From Squalus acanthias (Eukaryota), in NCBI GenBank assembly GCA_030390025.1, contig CM059431.1, forward strand, positions 110,796,001 through 110,860,000: 64,000 nt of DNA, read 5' to 3'. Of the stretch, positions 1 through 13,853 are shown one piece after another. The notes below the pieces were generated by a model, which had not been told where the DNA came from, searched no databases, and saw only the letters and a program-made list of their open reading frames with translations. Position numbers and translations under genes: made by a program. Position 1 is the stretch's first letter; every line of letters starts with the position of its first letter.

Positions 1-439
1 TTTAAACTGTCAAGTGAAGGGAAAAGACGGTCATTAATTTTATTGACTGCCCCTACACTCCTGGAGCTAGAATGAGCTCCTGTGCACTAGCTTCCTCTGC
101 TTGTCTTGCATACAAGGTGTTTTCCTCCTTTTGAAAGCAGACTTCTTCAAAAGGTCCTCATTTGGCAAGCAAAGCAGCTATGATAGTTAACTCTGATTGT
201 CAGCGGTTAGGAATTGTCAAGTCAGCGTTAAAAATCTTTTTCCCATCCATTTCTTTTCACAATTTTCTTCTTCTTCTCTTCTGAAGTTCTGGACTCTTTG
301 TTGGGGTACAGTTTTACAGGTTCCGGTTACCCTGGAAAATCTCATTCAAATAGACAGTATTCATGTTTAAGGAACACACATCTTTCTCTAGTTTCTCTCC
401 TATCTCCCCTCATGTCCTCTCTAAACTCATCTTGTCCTT

Positions 440-850
440 GAGAACTCCCTCCTCGATTTTAAAATTCTCTTCCTTATTTTCAAATCACTCCATGGCCTCG
501 CCCCCTCCCCAGTTCTGTAACCGCCTCCACCCTCCGAGATATCTGCGCTCCTCCAATTCTGACCTCTTGTGCATCCCCGATTTCCTTCGCTCCACCATTG
601 GCGGCCGTGGCCTTCAGCTGCCGAGGCCCTAAGCTCTGGAATTCCCTCTCTAAACCCCTCCGCCTCTCTACCTCTCTTTCTTCCTTTAAGACACTCCTTA
701 AAACCTACCTCTCTGACCAAGCTTTTGGTCATCTGCCCTAATATCACCTTAAGTGGCTCGGTACAAATTATTTTGATAACGTTCCTGTGAAGAGCCTTGG
801 GACGTTTTACTATGTTAAAGGTACTTATATAAATGCAAGTTGTTGTTGTC
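440..850 (+). mobile_element. L2 3' end (similar copies at 5940-6385 +, 22825-23240 -, 24845-25290 +, 59895-59990 +)
   Basis: Shared 3' sequence ending ATATAAATGCAAG(TTG)n. Confidence 0.82.
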
Positions 851-1239
851 AGCTTTGACGATGAGTGGCAGCAAGATGTTTGACTGTAGGGATATCATAT
901 CCGAGGCCAAACCTCTTCTCACTGGACATCCATACGCACACTCTTTTGGTGGGGATTGCTGGATAGTGATCCAAAGCCAATTTCATCCTTCTTAACCCAA
1001 CACCAAGGTGCTGAGACCAATTGCAGTGTCCTTATTGCCACAACCCTGAAGCTGAGATCAGCTCACTCAGCACAAGCTAGGAGTCAACTTGGGGACTTCT
1101 CTGGCCTGTATGGCTCAACTACTTATTGGATAAATTCACCGAGCCATCAAGGGAACTGTGATTAATTTTTAGCTGTATGGTGTTCAGAAATGAGTGCCTA
1201 TTTGCTGGCCAGTGCTCTGAGTGGGTCTGAGTCTCAGGT

Positions 1240-2026
1240 TGTAAGATTAGGATCACAGATCACACACAGATTACCCAAAGGGTCTTAGGAGTTGTAAGGC
1301 ATTTTATTAAAGAGCTACAGTTTTAAAGCAAAATGAGATATTACATGTGGTTTAAGCCAAGCCTAATAGACATACAACCCGTGACAGTAGAGCGCGAACT
1401 ACGACTCCCAAAGCAGAATGCCATGACCGGACGGATGGTGAGGCAATACGGTGGTCTCAGATTGGGTGGATTCCTGCAGTCTGCTGCAACGGTCACTTCC
1501 ATTGGGTCATCCCTCGAGCTGTTGGAGGTGTTAGGTCGTCAGCCACCTCAGAGGCTAAACTTGACAAAGGTGTTAGGCCGCAGCCACCTCGGGGAAGCCT
1601 TCGCCTCTAACAGCCTGATTTCCTCTCTCGGTGGTCTATATTTATAGTTATTTCGGTGGACTGGTGGATACCTGGTGTCAATCATTTGTTCCCCATCCTA
1701 TTGTACAATTACAAGGGGAGAGGCTACCTATGACAGCCCCCTCCCAGCCTCATGAGGTAATTTTCCTCCTTATCTCTGTTCTAAAGGTCTTATTGCCCTC
1801 TTTGTAGACAGCTTGTTTATCCTAAAGCTCCTTGCTGCATCCCGTATCAGGCCTAGTTATACCCACTCAAAGGCCTGTTTTTTGTGTTCTGACCTTGTAA
1901 TTCAACTTTCTGTGCAGCGATTTTTCTGACGTGACTGGAATCTTTCTGTGTCATCAACTTAGGCAAACTGCTGATCTAGGGAACCCGTAACAGACTATTA
2001 TTTCTTTCAATCCACAATTTCTTACA
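1240..2026 (-). mobile_element. Solo LTR (787 bp) of an unrelated LTR family
   Basis: TGTAAGA...TCTTACA inverted termini and a 4-bp flank AGGT/AGAT. AATAAA (~1303-1308) and a TATA-like box (~1640) lie on the minus strand. Confidence 0.75.
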
Positions 2027-2189
2027 AGATCAAGATCTGTTGTAGGCTCTAGCTAATTTGGAGTCTCCCAATGTTTAGCATTCACTTGGTTTCGTCAGAA
2101 TTAGCAGGCAAACCAGATGTCCATTTGCTACTCTAAATGGGGCATTTGCCATACTAGTAAATACACTCGGCATTGTCTAAATTCCTTCC

Positions 2190-2958
2190 TAGAACATAAG
2201 AACATAAGAAATAGGAGCAGGAGTAGACCATTTGGCCCTTCGAGCCTGCTCCGCCATTCAATAAGATCATGGCTGATCTTCTACCTCATCCCCACTTTCC
2301 TGAACTATTCCCATATCCCTTGATTCCCTTAATATTCAAAAATCTATCGATCTCTGTCTTGAATATACTCAACGACTGAGCCTCCACAGCCCTCTGGGGT
2401 AGAGAATTCCAAAGATTCACCACCCTCTGAGTGAAGAAATTTCTCCTCATCTCAGTCCTAAATGGCCGACCCCTTATTCTGACACTGTGACCCCTGGTTC
2501 TAGACTCCCCAGCCAGGGGAAACATCCTCCCTGCATCTACCTTGTCAAGCCCTGTAAGAATTTTGTATGTTTCAATGAGATCACTTCTCATTCTTCTAAA
2601 CTCCAGAGAATATAGGCCTAGTCTACTCAATCGATCCTCAGAGGACAATCCCCCCATCCCAGGAGCCAGTCTGGTGAACCTTCATTGCACTCCCTCTATG
2701 GCAAGTATATCCTTCCTTAGGTAAGGAGACCAAAACTGTACACAATACTCCAGGTGTGGTCTCACCAGGGCCCGATATAATTGCAGTAAGACGTCTTTAC
2801 ACTTATACTCAAATCCTCTTGTAATAAAGGCCAACATACCATTTGCTTTTCTAATTGCTTGCTGTGCCTGCATGTTAACTTTCAGTGATTCGTGTACAAG
2901 GACACTCGGGTCCCTTTGAACACCAACATTTCCCAATCTCTCACCATTTAAAAAATTC
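2190..2958 (-). mobile_element. CR1 3' fragment
   Basis: RPHLEYCVQFWSPY..RNFFTQRVVNLWNSLP and TTCTTATG tail. Confidence 0.9.
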
Positions 2959-3349
2959 TTCAACTCTGCCATTAAACCTTGGAATTTCCTTCCCAATTCT
3001 ATTATTGATTCAGACACAGGCGGAAGGTTCAAATGTTCCTTTCACAAACAGTAGCATGATATGTTCTCCCAGTTATTTTTTTTTCTGTCGCCTCTGTTCA
3101 GTAAACTGCTTAAATAGATTCCAGGCTGGTTGATTTTCCAGGATCAAGTTTTTTACATTCTGATGACCAATCTTAATTGAGCTGATTGGGTTGCCACACT
3201 TTAGTAGGGCTTTTCATACTGCACCTTGGATTTCATGATGTTAGCTACTTTGCTTACCCTCAGAGGGATAGCACATGACTCCGTACTTCTCAACAGGAGG
3301 TATAGCTTGCATTGGTAATCTACAGCCCCTGCATGTGCTTAAAATCCGT

Positions 3350-3470
3350 TACGTCTCTAACTTTTTTCCAGTTCTGACGAAAGGTCATCGACCTGAAACG
3401 TTAACTCTGTTTCTCCCTCCGCAGACGCTGCCCGACCTGCTGAGTGTTTCCAGCATTTTCTGTTTTTATT
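3350..3470 (+). mobile_element. Probable Penelope-like element terminal fragment
   Basis: CTGACGAAAGGTCATCGACCTGAAACGTT...CCTGCTGAGT...TCCAGCATTTTCTGT pattern, recognised by eye only. Confidence 0.5.
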
Positions 3471-6400
3471 TCTCCCAGTCTACCAAGCAAGTTTTACTTT
3501 TCCGTTAAAGTTGTTGCATAATTACATCAGGGCCTTGGTATTGACGCAAATGCTTTGCTGCTTAGATAGAACATGGTGTTCTGCTGTGCTAAATATGATA
3601 TGCTTGGTCTGAGCCAAGATGACGTTTGAATCTTTTGATTGGTAGATCAAATGTCAATTTAGGGTAGCAACTTCCTGCTTGAGACTGTTCCAATTGGCCC
3701 AGTCATACAGCCAAACCTTGTGCTTGGTGTTTCTTTAACACACCAATGAAAGAAAGGCTGGTTGGATGTAGACCAAGTGGTGCTTTGTTGAGTGGTTTCA
3801 GGTGATCAGAGGAGTCAGTTAATGCTAGAACTATGTAGGTATTAAGAATTGTGAAAGAGCATTTGCTTGCACTTGGTGTTCTGTTTTTGCTTTCTATCCA
3901 ATGTTCACATTACTAATTGAAGTTGCAAATCTACATTTAAAAGTATAGATCAATAGTATTTGATGAGGGAGCAAAATGGTATCATTACAGATGATATGCG
4001 ATTTGAAATCTGGCCTGTGGAAATTTTCTGATCTAAATGTAAAAGAGAGGGTAACTTAGCTATCATCTGTGCCACAGTTCTGTTGAAAAAGATCTAGCCC
4101 AGGTTAAATATAGTATTCTTCATCTCCTGCCCCATTAAGAATGAATCAACGAATGCTGGCTTGTCAAGATAATCAGAAACTGCATCATCAGCCAAACATG
4201 AGTGATTGGCCTAAAGTCCATGAATGTTTGTAAAAAGTAAAGTAAATTTGTGATTTGTGCCCATAAACAGCTAAGAGTTTGTTAATGGTTATAGTCAGCT
4301 ACAGCTGAAGCCAGATGCTAGTTTGGACAGTGTAACAAGTAGAACCCCTCTTTTTTACCATTCTACAGCTTCTGAGGTTGGAATCTGATAAACCTCAGAC
4401 AGGATTTTAGACACATCCACAGCCACCCCATCACCATTGGGATCACTCTTTAAGTAGTTAGCTGCTTAGATGATCAGGCTGTTGAACTTGGTGCTGTCTG
4501 GTAAGATACTTGATTAGGTTCATGCAAACTATTCATCACAAATTTGTAACCTACTGCAGTCCGTTGCTATCTCTAGCAACTAAATCATTTCAAGAATAGC
4601 ATACTGTAGGAGTCCAGTGTGACCACTCAAGATATGTTGCTGTAGTTCCACATATAAGCAATCAGCATTATTTTACTCTTCTCCCCAAAAACAACTACTT
4701 GGCAGTACGGGGTAAGAATTCTTCCAAAATCATTGTGTTCTTTTAGAAAGCACTTATCCATACAGATATAGGTTGGGCTTTACCTTTAATTAAAAGAGCA
4801 GGGGAGTTATCCCCGGTGTCCTGGCCAATATTTACCCCTCAATCAACATCACTGATACAGATTATTTTATCACATTGCTGCTTATGGGAGCTTGCTGTGC
4901 GCAAATTGGCTGCCGCTTTTCCTACATTACAACACTTCAAAAAGTACTTCATTGGCTGTAAAGTGCTTTGGGATGTCCAGTGGATGTGAAAGGCACTATA
5001 TAAATACAAGTCTTTCTTTCTTCTTTTTAATTCCAGCCCTTTTCAGAGGATGCAGACACACTTTCTATCTTTCATCTCTTTACAGGCATGCGCCTTCACA
5101 AATGGTCAAAGTCCCTTCTTCCACCTTCCCACCTCCCTCCCTATCCAAAGCCAATCCCTTCAGATCTCATAAATAAATGAATAAAGATGCAGGGTCTTAC
5201 TGGAAATAAATTCTGATTAGAAATCCACATTAAAATGGCAATAAAGCTAAGCATCATCCAAGAAGTAAAACAAGGAAACACTTTGTAGAATTCTCGTGGG
5301 AGTCATCCTGACTGTCTGCTGTAACTTCAGCAGAAGATTGGCAGAAACTCTGGAGAAATTGCTAAACAGATGCTTACGCCGTTCTGAAGGGTTTCTGCCG
5401 AAGTTACAGCAGTCGGGACAACCTCTACGGACGTGTTTATAGAAGTATTGGATTCCTGCCTATTAGAGCATGACTTCAAGTCCTCTGACTGCCTGCCACT
5501 TCAACTTGCTCACCTTAGTTTGGTGAGGTTGCTGTTTGGTCTGCTGTGGGGAACTAAGGTGTTTCTTCTCAGCAAGAGGAAAATCTGATCTCAGTCAGGT
5601 CACCCTGTTTCCAGTGAACTTTAAGTCAGCCAATCAGATGAACAAGATAATTGCTGTAAGAAGTACCTGGACAGGTGTATCTTGCCCTTGTGTTGGTTGG
5701 ATATGTAATGATGAGTGAAGGAGGCACAACTGAAGGAAATTGTGGGGTAAATTTTGGGTAGGTCTTGGAAGCAGAGCAGGTCCAATAATTCACCCTCCAC
5801 TCTTGGGCCCCAAAACATATACCACAAAACAACTTGATACATGCAACATATGCATATCCATGCTATTATCACCTTTGTAATTGATTTCTGCAACACCCTA
5901 CTCACCTGCCTCTTGACCTTCACAAGCTCCAAATTGTCCAAAACTCCACCCGCACTGGGTCCCAGTCACTAATCACCTCCATCTTCACTGACCTACACTG
6001 TATCTTCCAGTACATTGAATTGAAGTTAGAATCTTTTCCTTGTCTACAAATATCTCCATGGCCTAGTGCCACTCTACCTCTGCAACCTCCTCCAGCCTTG
6101 TGTCCCATCCTATGCCTTTTATGGCTCTGACTCTGGCATCCTGTCCACTATCTCTCCCTCTACTCCACCATTGGTGGCAGATCCTTCAACCATTTCAGCC
6201 CTGCTCTCTGGAGCTCGTTCTTCAAACTTCTCCACTCCGCTTCTATCTCCGCCTGAAAACCCATCTCTTTGAGAAAGCCGCTGGTCTTTTAATTCCCCTG
6301 CAAAGGCTCAGCATCTATTCCTTTCTATGAAGCACCGTGGAACATTTTTCTATGTTAAAGGCGCCACATAAATGCAATGTTATAACCATTAATAGGACAG

Positions 6401-8779
6401 CAACAATTTCATTATAACGAAGAGAATAGACTTCTTTAAGTACGCTTTTTATACTCTTCATTGAGACACTGTAAAACATAAGTGTATTTTGAAGGGAGTG
6501 CTTACTCATATTTTCATTGGCACCTTTCCATGACCTTTCTTTAGTTGTCCCACCCGGCAGCCCCACCTTCAGCTTTCAGTAGGACATAAAAAAAAAACGA
6601 ATGAATGGAATCCAGTTCCGTGATACCAACCCATGCAGTTCCCAGTGTTCTGGATTTGAAACTCTGCATCACTTGTGTATCTATCTTTACTTGTATATAA
6701 TTTCTGGACAAGTGGTGCAAATTAGATATAATAGAAGGTACAACATACTGTAATATTTTATTAAACATTACAGCATAACATTTGTGCAGTTAAGAAAAAA
6801 AGGTAGTTTCAGTGAGTTTATTTCAGTAATACTCCTGATTAAATGCTTTGGCTTTTAAAATTGAATTTAAAGAAGAACGCCATCACTAGTAGAATTTCTG
6901 GGCTTTTAGGGTATATCGCCAGTAATTTCCTTGGTGCATCCCTGATGTCCTCCCCTAAGTTTGGCAGAAGATCAGTGGAAATCGCAGTGAAATGCCGTTT
7001 CTCTAGGGTTTCGACTGATCTTCCGCCAAGGTTATGGCAACAGATTAGAGAACCCCGCCCGCCCCCTGCTCCCCCCTGAAATTCTACCCCCTATATCTCT
7101 CTTAACAGAGCATATGCCTCCTTTCTCAAATTTTCCTCCTCTCATTGGTCTGTCCGAAGCCATGTTTTTGATGCATCCAAGAAGGCAAGGTGGTCAAGCA
7201 ACTCCCAGGCCCTTGTCTATCTTGTCCCTAACTGGATGTAGGAGACACACAAGATTGAGATTGTGGAAACGTCCCATCTGATTTTTGCCACCTTCTTTCC
7301 CGGTGACAAGATGTCCAATCTTTGTTATCCCATCTTAGAGCTACCATGTGTGGGACCACATCCCTATAATTTTTTCTATTGTGATAATTAGACCCTTTGG
7401 AGGAAGAGTCTGTAGGCCCTGAAGAAACTGGTGATGATCAATCTTACATGCGAGCCAATATATTGTCCACCATGACTTCTGTGCAAGGATAGATCCAAGG
7501 AGGAAGAAACTGGGGAGCACCCTTCTGGGGTTGACCAGGAAATGTGTCATCTTAGCTTGGGTGAAAAAGAAGTCTCTCATATTTAAGATATAGCTCAAAT
7601 GAACTTGAGGGAAACCATCTATAGTTTAAGATCAGGACTAATTTATTTCAGAATTTATTTTATTTATTCATTCACGGGATCTGGGTGTCGCGGGCAAGGC
7701 CAGCATTTAGTGCCCATCTGTAATTGCCCTTGAGAAGGGGGTGGTGAGCCCCTGCCTTGAGCCTCTGCAGTCCGTGTGGTGAAGGTACTCCCACAGTGCT
7801 GTAATGAGGTCTGGAGCCAAGTGGTCCTGGTGGTACTCAAACTGGGCAATATACTACCGTACCCATTGATGGGAAGTAATCGTTGTCAGAAATTACAACA
7901 TCGTGGAATCCATAATACTGCAATGCCACACAATGTGCCGGATGTTGGTGCTTCTCTGGGTGTATAGCCTTCACTTCCGACTATATTCCTTTGAGTGTTG
8001 TGGTAGTACTTGTGATGATATATGTTGTTGTAGTTGCAGCACATGGCATGCTACACACTTGCCCAGGGATGTAGCACGATGAGTGGACCACATCTGATCA
8101 CTGGCACAGACTGAGCAATGATAGTTTTGTACAGTAAGAAGATTTTTTATCTTGAATATTTGTACAAAGTGTATGTTATTGTATTAAATAATATTTGTTC
8201 TTTCACAATTGACTGGTTCTGGACGCAGAATTTAGCAAGTACTAATGAATTTTAATTGAGTTAAACTTTGGCTATTCTCCACTCCCCGAAAGGGAAAAAC
8301 ATTGCAGGGCGATGGGGGAAGGAGCAGAGCAGTGGGACTAATTGGATAGCTCTACCAAAGAGCCGGCACAGGCACGATGGGCCAAATGGACTCCTTCTGT
8401 GCTGTACCATTCTATGATTCTATGATTCTAAAGAAAGCCATTCATAGTAAGAACTGCTTGTTTGATTACATAAATGAACCATGAAATTCTGCTCCTTCTA
8501 GGGGTGTAATTTGGGTATAGAGTCAGCGGGGGCACTGGGGTTTGAGACAGAACCCGAATTTGCTGGGTTTCTGTCCCTTCAGTTTAACCACAGCAAATTC
8601 CAAGATGGCAGCGAGCACTTCTTCTGTCCCATTGCCCCTATAGCAGTTTTGGGACGTGTCTGGGGTACCCCGGGAATTCTGCCAGACATGCCACTGACAG
8701 GTCCAGTGCCACATACATCTGTAAAAGGGTAGAACTGCCCTTGCCAAATCCCATTCTTATCTATCAAATCATAGCCAGA

Positions 8780-9720
8780 AAATCACCTGCAATGGCCTCT
8801 CTTCTCACTCCTGCACCGTTACCTCTGGAGTCCCCCAAGGATCTATTCTTGACCCCCTTCTATTTCTCATCAAATGCTGCCCCTTGGCGATACCATCCAA
8901 AAACGCAATATCAAGTTCCACATGTACGCTGACGACACTCAGCTCTATCTCACCATCATCTCTGCTGACCCCTCCACTGTCTCGGATTTGTCACACTGCT
9001 TGTCCGACATCCAATATTGGATGAGCAGGAATTTCCTCCAGCTAAATATTGGGAAGACTGAAGCCATTGTCTTTGGTCCCCGCCACAAACTATAACCACC
9101 GTTTCCATCCCTGGCAACTGTCTGAAGCTGAGCCAGACCATTCGCAACCTTGATGTTGTGTTTGACCCTGAGATGATCTTCCGACCACATATTCGCTCCA
9201 TCACCAAGACTGCCTACTTCCAACCCTGTAACATCATCTGACTCCGACCCTGCCTCAGCTCATCTGCTGCTGAAACCCTCATCAAAGCCTTTGTTACTTC
9301 TAGACTTGACTATTCCAATGCTCTCCTGGCCGGCCTCCCATCTTCCACCCTACATAAACCTGTGCTCATCCAAAACTCTGTTGCCCGTATCCTAACTCGC
9401 ACCAAGTCTTGTTCACCCGTTATCACCCCTGTGCTTGCTGACCTACATTGGCTCCTGGTCCAACAATGCCTCAGTTTTAAAATCCTCATCCTTGTTTTCA
9501 AATCCCTCCATGGTCTCGCCCCTCCCTATCTCTGTAACCTCCTCCAGTCCTACAAGCCTTCGAGATCGCTGCGCTCTTCCAATTCTGGCCTTTTGCGCAT
9601 CCTCGATTTCAATCGCTCCACTATTGGCAGCCATGCTTTTAGCTGCGTTGCCCCATAGCTCTGGAATTCCCTCCCTAAACCTCTCTGCCTCTCTACCTCT
9701 CTCTCCTCCTTTAAGATCCT
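8780..9720 (+). mobile_element. L2-clade LINE 3' fragment
   Basis: FHMYADDTQLY..LQLNIGKTE and PVLADLHWL motifs. Confidence 0.88.
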
Positions 9721-9815
9721 CCGTTTTCCAGTGGGCAGGTTAGATTAAAATTGCCCCCCCTAGTGTTTTTAGGTTAATAATGTTAACATGTTATACCCCA
9801 CTGATGCAGTGCTGT

Positions 9816-10105
9816 GTGTCAACCGTGGCTCAGTTGCACTCTTGCCTCTGAGTCAGAAGGTTGTGGGTTCAAATCCCACTCCAGAGACTTCAGCACAAAA
9901 AATCTATGCTGACAATCCAGTGTAGTACTGAAGGAGTGCTGCACTGTCGGAGGTGCCGTCTTTTGGATGAGACGTTAAATCAAGGCCCCATCTGCTCTTT
10001 CAGGTGGACGTAAAGAATCCTTTGGTACTATTTCGAAGAAGAGCAGGGGAGTTATCCCCGGTGTTCTGGCCAATATTTATCCCTCAATTAACATCACTAA
10101 AACAG
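9816..10105 (+). mobile_element. tRNA-derived Deu-domain SINE (SacSINE1-like); other copies or fragments at 4795-5025, 18678-19115, 45688-45840 (-), 55265-55495, 57440-57540
   Basis: A-box-like TGGCTCAGTTG and B-box GGTTCAAATCC, core GGAGTGCTGCACTGTCGGAGGTGCCGTC, and an L2-like tail. Confidence 0.78.
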
Positions 10106-10114
10106 ATATATATT

Positions 10115-10697
10115 CAGTGAATTGGCCTCCACAGCTGGCTGTGATAGAGAATTCCACAGGTTCACCACCCTCTGAGTGAAGAAATTTCTCCTCATCTCAG
10201 TCCTGAGACTGTGACCCCTCGTTCTAGACCCACCCCAGCCAGGGGAAACATCTTCCCTGCATCCAGCCCTGTCAGAATTTTATACGTTTCAATGCGATCC
10301 CCTCTCATTCTTCTAAACTCTAGTGAATACAGGCTTAGTCGACCCAATCTCTCCTCATACGACAGTCCTGCCATCCCAGGAATCAGTCTGGTGAACCTTC
10401 GCTGCACTCCCTCTATGGCAAGTATATCCTTTCTTAGGTAAGGAGACCAAAACTGCACACAGTACTCCAGGTGTGGTCTCACCAAGGCCCTGTACAACTG
10501 TAGTAAGGCATCCTTGCTCCTGTACTCAAATCCTCTTGCAATGAAGGCCAACATACCATTTGCCTTCCTAACTGCTTGCTGCACCTGCATGTTTGCTTTC
10601 AGTGACTGGTGAACAAGGACATCCAGGAGCCCTTTGTACATCAGCATTTCCCAATCTATCACCATTTAAATAATACTCTGCCTTTCTGTTTTTCCTA
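10115..10697 (-). mobile_element. CR1 fragment interrupting a SINE
   Basis: ORF 10192-10665 encodes the CR1 ORF2 C-terminus. Confidence 0.85.
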
Positions 10698-10870
10698 CCT
10701 AAATGCAAGTCTTTCTTTTATTTTCTTTTATAAATAGGGGTAGTGTATCTGCCTCTGGAGGCACTGTCAATATAACATAAGAACATAAGAAGTAGGAGCA
10801 GGAGTGGGCCATACGACCCTTTGGGGCTGCTCCGCCATTCAATAGGATCATGGCTGATCCGAACCTAGAC

Positions 10871-13850
10871 TCACGTCCACTTCCCTGCCCGCTCCCCATA
10901 ACCCTTAATTCCCTTATCAGCTAGGAAACTGTCTATCTCCGTTTTAAATTTATTTAATGTCGCAGCTTCCACAGCTCTCTGAGGTAGCAAATTCCATAGA
11001 TTTACTACCCTCTGAGTGAAGAAGTTTCTCCTCATCTCAGTTTTGAAACGGCAGCCCCTTATTCTAAGATTATGTCCCCTAGTTCTAGTCTCACCCATCA
11101 GTGGAAACATCCTCCCCGCCTCCACCTGATCAAGCCCCCTCACAATCTTATATGTTTCGATAAGATCGCCTCTCATTCTTCTGAATTCCAATGAGTAGAG
11201 GCCCAACCTACTCAACCTTTCCTCATAAGTCAACCCCCTCATCTCTGGAATCAACCGAGTGAACCTTCTCTGAACTGCCTCGAGAGCAAGTATATCTTTT
11301 AAATATGGAAACCAAAACTGTACGCAGTATTCCAGGTGTGGCCTCACCAGTACCTTGTATAACTGAAGCAAGACTTCCCTGCTTTTATACTCCATCCCCC
11401 TTGCAATAAAAGCCAAGATTCCATTGGCCTTCCTGATCACCTGCTGTACCTCCATACTAACCTTCTGTGTTTCATGCACCAGGACCCCCAGATCCCTTTG
11501 TACTGTAGCACTTTGCAGTTTCTTTCCATTTAGATAATAACTTGCTCTTTGATTTTTTCTGCCAAAGTGCATAACCTCACACTTTCCAACATTATATTCC
11601 ATCTGCCAAATTTCCGCCCACCCACTTAGCCTGTCTATGTCCTTTTGCAGGTTTTTTATGTCATCCTCACTCACTGCTTTTCCTCCCATCTTTGTATCGT
11701 CAGCAAACTTGGATACGTTGCACTTGGTCCCCTCCTCCAAATCGTTAATATAGATTGTAAAGAGTTGGTGTCCCAGCACTGACCCTTGCGGAACACCACT
11801 AGTTACTTATTGCCAACCCGAGAATGAACCATTTATCCCAACTCTCTGTTTTCTGTTAGATAGCCAATCTTCCACCCATGCCAGTATATTACCCCCAATC
11901 CCGTAATTTTTTATCTTGTGCAGTAATCTTTTGTGTGGCACCTTATCAAATGCCTTTTGGAAGTCCAAATACACCACATCCACTGGTTCCCCTTTATCCA
12001 CCCTGTTTGTTACGTCCTCAAAGAATTCGAGCAAATTTGTCAAGCATGATTTCCCCTTCATAAAACCATGCTGACTGTCTGATTAAATTATGCTTATCCA
12101 AATGTCCTGTTACTGCTTCCTTAATAATGGACTCCAACATTTTACCAACCACAAGTGTTAGGCTAACTGGTCTATAGTTTCCAGCCTTTTGTCTACCTCC
12201 CTTTTTAAATAAGGGCGTTACATTAGCAGTTTTCCAATCTGCTGGGACCTTTCCCAAATCCAGGGAGTTTTGGAAAATTACCACCAATGCATCCGCAATC
12301 CCTACTGCTGCTTCTCTCAAGACCCTAGGATGTAAGCCATCAGGTCCAGGGGATTTATCCGCCTTAAGTCCCATTATCTTACCGAGTACCATCTCCTTAG
12401 TGATTTTAATCGTGTTTAGCTCCTCCCCCCGATAGCCCCCCGTTTGTCCAGTGTTGGGATATTTTTAGTATCCTCTACTGTAAAGACTGATACAAAATAT
12501 TTGTTCAGCGTATTTGCCATCTCCGTGTTCCCCACTACTAATTTCCCGGTCTCGTCCTCTAAGGGACCAACATTCACTTTAGCCATCCTTTTTCTTTTTA
12601 TATAACTGTAGAAACTCTTGCTATCTGTTTTTATATTTTTTGCTAGTTTACTTTCATAATCTATCTTCCCCTTCTTAATTAATCTTTTAGTTATTCTTTG
12701 CTGGCTTTTAAATGCTTCTCAATCTTCTATCCTCCCACTAGGTTTGGCTACTTTATATGCCCTTGTTTTCAGTCGGATACTATCCTTTATTACTTTACTT
12801 AGCCACGGATGGCTGTCTTTTCTTTTACGCCCCTTTTTCCTCAGTGGAATATATTTTTCTTGAAAGTTGTGAAATACCTCCTTGAATGAACACCAATGCT
12901 CCTGTACCGTCTTACACCTTAATCTATTTTCCCAGTCCACTTTAGTTAACTCTGCTTTCATACCCATAGTCTCCTTTATTTAAGCTTAGTACACTGGTTT
13001 GAGATCCAACTCTCTCACCCTCCAACTGAATTTGGAATTCAACCATGTTATGGTCACTCATTCCAAGGGGATCCTTTACTAGGACATTTTTTATTAATCC
13101 TGTCTCATTACACAGGACCAGATCTAAGATTGCCTGCCCCCTGGTTGGTTCAGTAACATACTGCTCAAGGAACCCGTCCCTAATGCACTCTATGAACTCT
13201 TCCTCAAGGCTGCCCTGCCCAATTTGATTTGTCCAGTCAATATGAAAGTTAAAATCTCCCATGATTATAGCTGTTCCCTTATTACAAGCCCCAACTATTT
13301 CCTGATTTATACTCCGACCAGTAGAGTTACAACTGTTAGGAGGCCTATAGACTACGCCCACTAGTGACTTTTTCCCTTTATTATTCCTTATCTCCACCCA
13401 AACTGTTTCACTATCCTGATCCTTTGACCCAATATCATTTCTCACTATTGCAGTGATTCCATCCTTTATTAACATAGCCACCCCACCTCCCTTTCCTTCC
13501 TGTCTGTCCTTCCTAATAGTCAAATACCCCTGGATGTTTAGTTCCCAGTCATGGTCACCTCGCAGCCATGTTTCTGTAATGGCCACCAGATCATACCCAT
13601 GTGTAGTTATTTGTACCGTCAACTCGTCTATTTTGTTACGAATGCTGCGTGCATTCAGATAAAGAACTTTTAAACATGTTTTGTGACAATTTATTCCTGC
13701 TTTTACCCCCTTTACTACTTTACCTTTATCTTTATATATTCTGTCCCTTCCTGACATGCTCTGGTTTTTAATTTCCCCACTGCTAGTTTGCTCTATTGCC
13801 TTCTCCGCTGACATTTTTATTCTTCGCTCTCTTGAAACCTCCCCCCCCAC
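10871..13850 (-). pseudogene. CR1 ORF2 (APE endonuclease + RT), frameshifted
   Basis: YLNARS, ITETW, GDFN, SDH endonuclease motifs; PGPDG, YRPVSL, LDFQKAFD, FADD RT motifs over five ORF pieces. Confidence 0.95.
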
Positions 13851-13853
13851 TAA

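Noticed and set aside
9816..9890. tRNA gene
   Set aside because: The A/B boxes are the head of a multi-copy SINE; no full cloverleaf is present.
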